From Auanema rhodensis (lineage: Eukaryota; Animalia; Nematoda): a stretch of 64,000 nucleotides of DNA. Location of the stretch: the NCBI GenBank assembly GCA_964057225.1, contig CAXKVF010000082.1, forward strand, positions 309,411 to 373,410, in the 5' to 3' direction. The first letter of the stretch is position 1; every line of letters starts with the position of its first letter. Under the pieces are notes generated by a model that worked only from the letters and a program-made list of their open reading frames with translations, searched no databases and was not told the DNA's origin. The position numbers were made by a program, and so were the translations under genes. Of the stretch, positions 1 through 9,328 are shown piece by piece.

Positions 1-157
1 CATACCAAGTGCACATCACGTGTACATTTAATTAGCATAAATTAAAGTTCACGTAAACTTCAAAGTCATGGTTACCATGCACCAATATCAATAAAAATTT
101 GTTTTTAGACTAATATGGACATGGGGAATCTAATTTTGAAAACCGCATCTCTTTATC

Positions 158-174
158 TTTCACGTGAAGCGAGT
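158..174 (+). promoter_or_regulatory. CENP-B-box-like 17-mer TTTCACGTGAAGCGAGT (first copy; present at positions 158-174 of nearly every monomer)
   Basis: Matches 7 of 9 core positions of NTTCGNNNNANNCGGGN with correct spacing, and 11/17 of YTTCGTTGGAARCGGGA. Both core mismatches are G-to-A. Not a canonical box. Confidence 0.35.
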
Positions 175-231
175 TACATACCAAGTGCACATCACGTGTA
201 CATTTAATTAGCATAAATTAAAGTTCACGTA
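160..231. promoter_or_regulatory. Cluster of three TCACGT cores (two CACGTG E-box/G-box palindromes plus CACGTA) repeated at every monomer junction
   Basis: TCACGTG at 160-166 and 192-198, and TCACGTA at 225-231. The motifs are directly visible; protein binding is unproven. Confidence 0.4.
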
Positions 232-241
232 AATTTCAAAG

Positions 242-256
242 TCATGGTTACCATGA
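242..256. repeat. 15-bp interrupted palindrome TCATGGT-T-ACCATGA (monomer positions 66-80, contains BstEII site GGTNACC)
   Basis: TCATGGT is the reverse complement of ACCATGA. Coordinates are for m2; m1 carries A80C, which breaks the outer pair. Confidence 0.95.
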
Positions 257-1936
257 ACCAATATCAATAAAAATTTGTTTTTAGACTAATATGGACATGG
301 GGAATCTAATTTTGAAAACCGCATCTCTTTATCTTTCACGTGAAGCGAGTTACATACCAAGTGCACATCACGTGTACATTTAATTAGCATAAATTAAAGT
401 TCACGTAAATTTTAAAGTCATGGTTACCATGCACCAATATCAATAAAAATTTGTTTTTAGACTAATATGGACATGGGGAATCTAATTTTGAAAACCGCAT
501 CTCTTTATCTTTCACGTGAAGCGAGTTACATACCAAGTGCACATCACGTGTACATTTAATTAGCATAAATTAAAGTTCACGTAAATTTCAAAGTCATGGT
601 TACCATGAACCAATATCAATAAAAATTTGTTTTTAGACTAATATGCACATGGGGAATCTAATTTTGAAAACCGCATCTCTTTATCTTTCACGTGAAGCGA
701 GTTACATACCAAGTGCACATCACGTGTACATTTAATTAGCATAAATTAAAGTTCACGTAAATTTTAAAGTCATGGTTACCATGCACCAATATCAATAAAA
801 ATTTGTTTTTAGACTAATATGGACATGGGGAATCTAATTTTGAAAACCGCATCTCTTTATCTTTCACGTGAAGCGAGTTACATACCAAGTGCACATCACG
901 TGTACATTTAATTAGCATAAATTAAAGTTCACGTAAATTTCAAAGTCATGGTTACCATGAACCAATATCAATAAAAATTTGTTTTTAGACTAATATGGAC
1001 ATGGGGAATCTAATTTTGAAAACCGCATCTCTTTATCTTTCACGTGAAGCGAGTTACATACCAAGTGCACATCACGTGTACATTTAATTAGCATAAATTA
1101 AAGTTCACGTAAATTTCAAAGTCATGGTTACCATGCACCAATATCAATAAAAATTTGTTTTTAGACTAATATGGACATGGGGAATCTAATTTTGAAAACC
1201 GCATCTCTTTATCTTTCACGTGAAGCGAGTTACATACCGAGTGCACATCACGTGTACATTTAATTAGCATAAATTAGTGTTCACGTAAATTTCAAAGTCA
1301 TGGTTACCATGAACCAATATCAATAAAAATTTGTTTTTAGACTAATATGGACATGGGGAATCTAATTTTGAAAACCGCATCTCTTTATCTTTCACGTGAA
1401 GCGAGTTACATACCAAGTGCACATCACGTGTACATTTAATTAGCATAAATTAAAGTTCACGTAAATTTCAAAGTCATGGTTACCATGAAGCAATATCAAT
1501 AAAAATTTGTTTTTAGACTAATATGGACATGGGGAATCTAATTTTGAAAACCGCATTTCTTTATTTTTCACGTGAAGCGAGTTACATACCAAGTGCACAT
1601 CACGTGTACATTTAATTAGCATAAATTAAAGTTCACGTAAATTTCAAAGTCATGGTTACCATGCACCAATATCAATAAAAATTTGTTTTTAGACTAATAT
1701 GGACATGGGGAATCTAATTTTGAAAACCGCATCTCTTTATCTTTCACGTGAAGCGAGTTACATACCAAGTGCACATCACGTGTACATTTAATTAGCATAA
1801 ATTAAAGTTCACGTGAACTTCAAAGTCATGGTTACCATGAACCAATATCAATAAAAATTTGTTTTTAGACTAATATGGACATGGGGAATCTAATTTTGAA
1901 AACCGCATCTCTTTATCTTTCACGTGAAGCGAGTTA

Positions 1937-4900
1937 CATACCAAGTGCACATCACGTGTACATTTAATTAGCATAAATTAAAGTTCACGTAAATTTCAAA
2001 GTCATGGTTACCATGAACCAATATCACTAAAAATTTGTTTTTAGACTAATATGGACATGGGGAATCTAATTTTGAAAACCGCATCTCTTTATCTTTCACG
2101 TGAAGCGAGTTACATACCAAGTGCACATCACGTGTACATTTAATTAGCATAAATTAAAGTTCACGTGAACTTCAAAGTCATGGTTACCATGAAGCAATAT
2201 CAATAAAAATTTGTTTTTAGACTAATATGGACATGGGGAATCTAATTTTGAAAACCGCATCTCTTTATCTTTCACGTGAAGCGAGTTACATACCAAGTGC
2301 ACATCACGTGTACATTTAATTAGCATAAATTAAAGTTCACGTAAATTTCAAAGTCATGGTTACCATGAACCAATATCAATAAAAATTTGTTTTTAGACTA
2401 ATATGGACATGGGGAATCTAATTTTGAAAACCGCATCTCTTTATCTTTCACGTGAAGCGAGTTACATACCAAGTGCACATCACGTGTACATTTAATTAGC
2501 ATAAATTAAAGTTCACGTAAATTTCAAAGTCATGGTTACCATGCACCAATATCAATAAAAATTTGTTTTTAGACTAATATGGACATGGGGAATCTAATTT
2601 TGAAAACCGCATCTCTTTATCTTTCACGTGAAGCGAGTTACATACCAAGTGCACATCACGTGTACATTTAATTAGCATAAATTAAAGTTCACGTAAATTT
2701 CAAAGTCATGGTTACCATGAACCAATATCAATAAAAATTTGTTTTTAGACTAATATGGACATGGGGAATCTAATTTTGAAAACCGCATCTCTTTATCTTT
2801 CACGTGAAGCGAGTTACATACCAAGTGCACATCACGTGTACATTTAATTAGCATAAATTAAAGTTCACGTAAATTTCAAAGTCATGGTTACCATGAACCA
2901 ATATCACTAAAAATTTGTTTTTAGACTAATATGGACATGGGGAATCTAATTTTGAAAACCGCATCTCTTTATCTTTCACGTGAAGCGAGTTACATACCAA
3001 GTGCACATCACGTGTACATTTAATTAGCATAAATTAAAGTTCACGTGAACTTCAAAGTCATGGTTACCATGAAGCAATATCAATAAAAATTTGTTTTTAG
3101 ACTAATATGGACATGGGGAATCTAATTTTGAAAACCGCATCTCTTTATCTTTCACGTGAAGCGAGTTACATACCAAGTGCACATCACGTGTACATTTAAT
3201 TAGCATAAATTAAAGTTCACGTAAATTTCAAAGTCATGGTTACCATGAACCAATATCAATAAAAATTTGTTTTTAGACTAATATGGACATGGGGAATCTA
3301 ATTTTGAAAACCGCATCTCTTTATCTTTCACGTGAAGCGAGTTACATACCAAGTGCACATCACGTGTACATTTAATTAGCATAAATTAAAGTTCACGTAA
3401 ATTTCAAAGTCATGGTTACCATGAACCAATATCAATAAAAATTTGTTTTTAGACTAATATGGACATGGGGAATCTAATTTTGAAAATCTCATCTCTTTAT
3501 CTTTCACGTGAAGCGAGTTACATACCAAGTGCACATCACGTGTACATTTAATTAGCATAAATTAAAGTTCACGTAAATTTCAAAGTCATGGTTACCATGA
3601 ACCAATATCACTAAAAATTTGTTTTTAGACTAATATGGACATGGGGAATCTAATTTTGAAAACCGCATCTCTTTATCTTTCACGTGAAGCGAGTTACATA
3701 CCAAGTGCACATCACGTGTACATTTAATTAGCATAAATTAAAGTTCACGTGAACTTCAAAGTCATGGTTACCATGAAGCAATATCAATAAAAATTTGTTT
3801 TTAGACTAATATGGACATGGGGAATCTAATTTTGAAAACCGCATCTCTTTATCTTTCACGTGAAGCGAGTTACATACCAAGTGCACATCACGTGTACATT
3901 TAATTAGCATAAATTAAAGTTCACGTAAATTTCAAAGTCATGGTTACCATGAACCAATATCAATAAAAATTTGTTTTTAGACTAATATGGACATGGGGAA
4001 TCTAATTTTGAAAACCGCATCTCTTTATCTTTCACGTGAAGCGAGTTACATACCAAGTGCACATCACGTGTACATTTAATTAGCATAAATTAAAGTTCAC
4101 GTAAATTTCAAAGTCATGGTTACCATGCACCAATATCAATAAAAATTTGTTTTTAGACTAATATGGACATGGGGAATCTAATTTTGAAAACCGCATCTCT
4201 TTATCTTTCACGTGAAGCGAGTTACATACCAAGTGCACATCACGTGTACATTTAATTAGCATAAATTAAAGTTCACGTAAATTTCAAAGTCATGGTTACC
4301 ATGAACCAATATCAATAAAAATTTGTTTTTAGACTAATATGGACATGGGGAATCTAATTTTGAAAACCGCATCTCTTTATCTTTCACGTGAAGCGAGTTA
4401 CATACCAAGTGCACATCACGTGTACATTTAATTAGCATAAATTAAAGTTCACGTAAATTTCAAAGTCATGGTTACCATGAACCAATATCACTAAAAATTT
4501 GTTTTTAGACTAATATGGACATGGGGAATCTAATTTTGAAAACCGCATCTCTTTATCTTTCACGTGAAGCGAGTTACATACCAAGTGCACATCACGTGTA
4601 CATTTAATTAGCATAAATTAAAGTTCACGTGAACTTCAAAGTCATGGTTACCATGAAGCAATATCAATAAAAATTTGTTTTTAGACTAATATGGACATGG
4701 GGAATCTAATTTTGAAAACCGCATCTCTTTATCTTTCACGTGAAGCGAGTTACATACCAAGTGCACATCACGTGTACATTTAATTAGCATAAATTAAAGT
4801 TCACGTAAATTTCAAAGTCATGGTTACCATGAACCAATATCAATAAAAATTTGTTTTTAGACTAGTATGGACATGGGGAATCTAATTTTGAAAACCGCAT

Positions 4901-5104
4901 CTCTTTATCTTTCACGTGAAGCGAGTTACATACCAAGTGCACATCACGTGTACATTTAATTAGCATAAATTAAAGTTCACGTAAATTTCAAAGTCATGGT
5001 TACCATGAACCAATATCAATAAAAATTTGTTTTTAGACTAATATGGACATGGGGAATCTAATTTTGAAAATCGCATCTCTTTATCTTTCACGTGAAGCGA
5101 GTTA
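1937..5104. repeat. Tandem 9-monomer (1584 bp) duplication, each unit a 5-mer plus a 4-mer
   Basis: m12-20 and m21-29 share the order: A91C; A55G+T58C+C82G; consensus; A80C; consensus; A91C; A55G+T58C+C82G; consensus; C143T. Confidence 0.85.
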
Positions 5105-8100
5105 CATACCAAGTGCACATCACGTGTACATTTAATTAGCATAAATTAAAGTTCACGTAAATTTCAAAGTCATGGTTACCATGAAGCAATATCAATAAAA
5201 ATTTGTTTTTAGACTAATATGGACATGGGGAATCTAATTTTGAAAACCGCATTTCTTTATCTTTCACGTGAAGCGAGTTACATACCAAGTGCACATCACG
5301 TGTACATTTAATTAGCATAAATTAAAGTTCACGTAAATTTCAAAGTCATGGTTACCATGCACCAATATCAATAAAAATTTGTTTTTAGACTAATATGGAC
5401 ATGGGGAATCTAATTTTGAAAACCGCATCTCTTTATCTTTCACGTGAAGCGAGTTACATACCAAGTGCACATCACGTGTACATTTAATTAGCATAAATTA
5501 AAGTTCACGTAAATTTCAAAGTCATGGTTACCATGAACCAATATCAATAAAAATTTGTTTTTAGACTAATATGGACATGGGGAATCTAATTTTGAAAACC
5601 GCATCTCTTTATCTTTCACGTGAAGCGAGTTACATACCAAGTGCACATCACGTGTACATTTAATTAGCATAAATTAAAGTTCACGTAAATTTCAAAGTCA
5701 TGGTTACCATGAACCAATATCAATAAAAATTTGTTTTTAGACTAATATGGACATGGGGAATCTAATTTTGAAAACCGCATCTCTTTATCTTTCACGTGAA
5801 GCGAGTTACATACCAGGTGCACATCACGTGTACATTTAATTAGCATAAATTAAAGTTCACGTAAATTTCAAAGTCATGGTTACCATGAACCAATATCAAT
5901 AAAAATTTGTTTTTAGACTAATATGGACATGGGGAATCTAATTTTGAAAACCGCATCTCTTTATCTTTCACGTGAAGCGAGTTACATACCAAGTGCACAT
6001 CACGTGTACATTTAATTAGCATAAATTAAAGTTCACGTAAACTTCAAAGTCATGGTTACCATGCACCAATATCAATAAAAATTTGTTTTTAGACTAATAT
6101 GGACATGGGGAATCTAATTTTGAAAACCGCATCTCTTTATCTTTCACGTGAAGCGAGTTACATACCAAGTGCACATCACGTGTACATTTAATTAGCATAA
6201 ATTAAAGTTCACGTAAATTTCAAAGTCATGGTTACCATGAACCAATATCAATAAAAATTTGTTTTTAGACTAATATGGACATGGGGAATCTAATTTTGAA
6301 AACCGCATCTCTTTATCTTTCACGTGAAGCGAGTTACATACCAAGTGCACATCACGTGTACATTTAATTAGCATAAATTAAAGTTCACGTGAACTTCAAA
6401 GTCATGGTTACCATGAAGCAATATCAATAAAAATTTGTTTTTAGACTAATATGGACATGGGGAATCTAATTTTGAAAACCGCATCTCTTTATCTTTCACG
6501 TGAAGCGAGTTACATACCAAGTGCACATCACGTGTACATTTAATTAGCATAAATTAAAGTTCACGTAAATTTCAAAGTCATGGTTACCATGAACCAATAT
6601 CAATAAAAATTTGTTTTTAGACTAATATGGAAATGGGGAATCTAATTTTGAAAACCGCATCTCTTTATCTTTCACGTGAAGCGAGTTACATACCAAGTGC
6701 ACATCACGTGTACATTTAATTAGCATAAATTAAAGTTCACGTAAATTTCAAAGTCATGGTTACCATGAACCAATATCAATAAAAATTTGTTTTTAGACTA
6801 ATATGGACATGGGGAATCTAATTTTGAAAACCGCATCTCTTTATCTTTCACGTGAAGCGAGTTACATACCAAGTGCACATCACGTGTACATTTAATTAGC
6901 ATAAATTAAAGTTCACGTAAATTTCAAAGTCATGGTTACCATGAAGCAATATCAATAAAAATTTGATTTTAGACTAATATGGACATGGGGAATCTAATTT
7001 TGAAAACCGCATCTCTTTATCTTTCACGTGAAGCGAGTTACATACCAAGTGCACATCACGTGTACATTTAATTAGCATAAATTAAAGTTCACGTAAACTT
7101 CAAAGTCATGGTTACCATGAAGCAATATCAATAAAAATTTGTTTTTAGACTAATATGGACATGGGGAATCTAATTTTGAAAACCGCATCTCTTTATCTTT
7201 CACGTGAAGCGAGTTACATACCAAGTGCACATCACGTGTACATTTAATTAGCATAAATTAAAGTTCACGTAAATTTCAAAGTCATGGTTACCATGAACCA
7301 ATATCAATAAAAATTTGTTTTTAGACTAATATGGACATGGGGAATCTAATTTTGAAAACCGCATCTCTTTATCTTTCACGTGAAGCGAGTTACATACCAA
7401 GTGCACATCACGTGTACATTTAATTAACATAAATTGAAGTTCACGTAAATTTCAAAGTCATGGTTACCATGCACCAATATCAATAAAAATTTGTTTTTAG
7501 ACTAATATGGACATGGGGAATCTAATTTTGAAAACCGCATCTCTTTATCTTTCACGTGAAGCGAGTTACATACCAAGTGCACATCACGTGTACATTTAAT
7601 TAGCATAAATTAAAGTTCACGTAAATTTCAAAGTCATGGTTACCATGAACCAATATCAATAAAAATTTGTTTTTAGACTAATATGGACATGGGGAATCTA
7701 ATTTTGAAAACCGCATCTCTTTATCTTTCACGTGAAGCGAGTTACATACCAAGTGCACATCACGTGTACATTTAATTAGCATAAATTAAAGTTCACGTAA
7801 ATTTCAAAGTCATGGTTACCATGAACCAATATCAATAAAAATTTGTTTTTAGACTAATATGGACATGGGGAATCTAATTTTGAAAACCGCATCTCTTTAT
7901 CTTTCACGTGAAGCGAGTTACATACCAAGTGCACATCACGTGTACATTTAATTAGCATAAATTAAAGTTCACGTAAATTTCAAAGTCATGGTTACCATGA
8001 AGCAATATCAATAAAAATTTGTTTTTAGACTAATATGGACATGGGGAATCTAATTTTGAAAACCGCATCTCTTTATCTTTCACGTGAAGCGAGTTACATA

Positions 8101-9328
8101 CCAAGTGCACATCACGTGTACATTTAATTAGCATAAATTAAAGTTCACGTAAATTTCAAAGTCATGGTTACCATGAACCAATATCAATAAAAATTTGTTT
8201 TTAGACTAATATGGACATGGGGAATCTAATTTTGAAAACCGCATCTCTTTATCTTTCACGTGAAGCGAGTTACATACCAAGTGCACATCACGTGTACATT
8301 TAATTAGCATAAATTAAAGTTCACGTAAATTTCAAAGTCATGGTTACCATGAACCAATATCAATAAAAATTTGTTTTTAGACTAATATGGACATGGGGAA
8401 TCTAATTTTAAAAACCGCATCTCTTTATCTTTCACGTGAAGCGAGTTACATACCAAGTGCACATCATGTGTACATTTAATTAGCATAAATTAAAGTTCAC
8501 GTAAAATTCAAAGTCATGGTTACCATGCACCAATATCAATAAAAATTTGTTTTTAGACTAATATGGACATGGGGAATCTAATTTTGAAAACCGCATCTCT
8601 TCATCTTTCACGTGAAGCGAGTTACATACCAAGTGCACATCACGTGTACATTTAATTAGCATAAATTAAAGTTCACGTAAATTTCAAAGTCATGGTTACC
8701 ATGAAGCAATATCAATAAAAATTTGTTTTTAGACTAATATGGACATGGGGAATCTAATTTTGAAAACCGCATCTCTTTATCTTTCACGTGAAGCGAGTTA
8801 CATACCAAGTGCACATCACGTGTACATTTAATTAGCATAAATTAAAGTTCACGTAAATTTCAAAGTCATGGTTACCATGAACCAATATCAATAAAAATTT
8901 GTTTTTAGACTAATATGGACATGGGGAATCTAATTTTGAAAACCGCATCTCTTTATCTTTCACGTGAAGCGAGTTACATACCAAGTGCACATCACGTGTA
9001 CATTTAATTAGCATAAATTAAAGTTCACGTAAATTTCAAAGTCATGGTTACCATGAAGCAATATCAATAAAAATTTGTTTTTAGACTAATATGGACATGG
9101 GGAATCTAATTTTGAAAACCGCATCTCTTTATCTTTCACGTGAAGCGAGTTACATACCAAGTGCACATCACGTGTACATTTAATTAGCATAAATTAAAGT
9201 TCACGTAAATTTCAAAGTCATGGTTACCATGAACCAATATCAATAAAAATTTGTTTTTAGACTAATATGGACATGGGGAATCTAATTTTGAAAACCGCAT
9301 CTCTTTATCTTTCACGTGAAGCGAGTTA

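Noticed and set aside
90-95. AATAAA polyadenylation signal in each monomer
   Set aside because: Expected by chance in 68% AT DNA, with no transcript evidence.
15-125. Budding-yeast point centromere layout: CDEI-like ATCACGTG (15-22), 77-bp AT-rich gap, then TGTTTTT (100-106) like the start of CDEIII
   Set aside because: The essential CCG core of CDEIII is missing at the expected place, the gap is far below the >90% AT of CDEII, and point centromeres are single-copy.
121-127. G-quadruplex or telomeric motif
   Set aside because: There is only one GGGG run per 176 bp and no TTAGG, TTAGGG or TTTAGGG repeats.
1-176. Satellite-encoded hammerhead ribozyme, as in newt, schistosome and cave-cricket satellites
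   Set aside because: The CTGANGA core is absent from both strands of the consensus.
1-176. Tandem RNA gene array (5S, tRNA, SL RNA, snRNA) or tRNA-derived repeat
   Set aside because: No Pol III A/B box match (GTTCACG is not GTTCRA), no cloverleaf, and no 5S or SL similarity that I can recognise.
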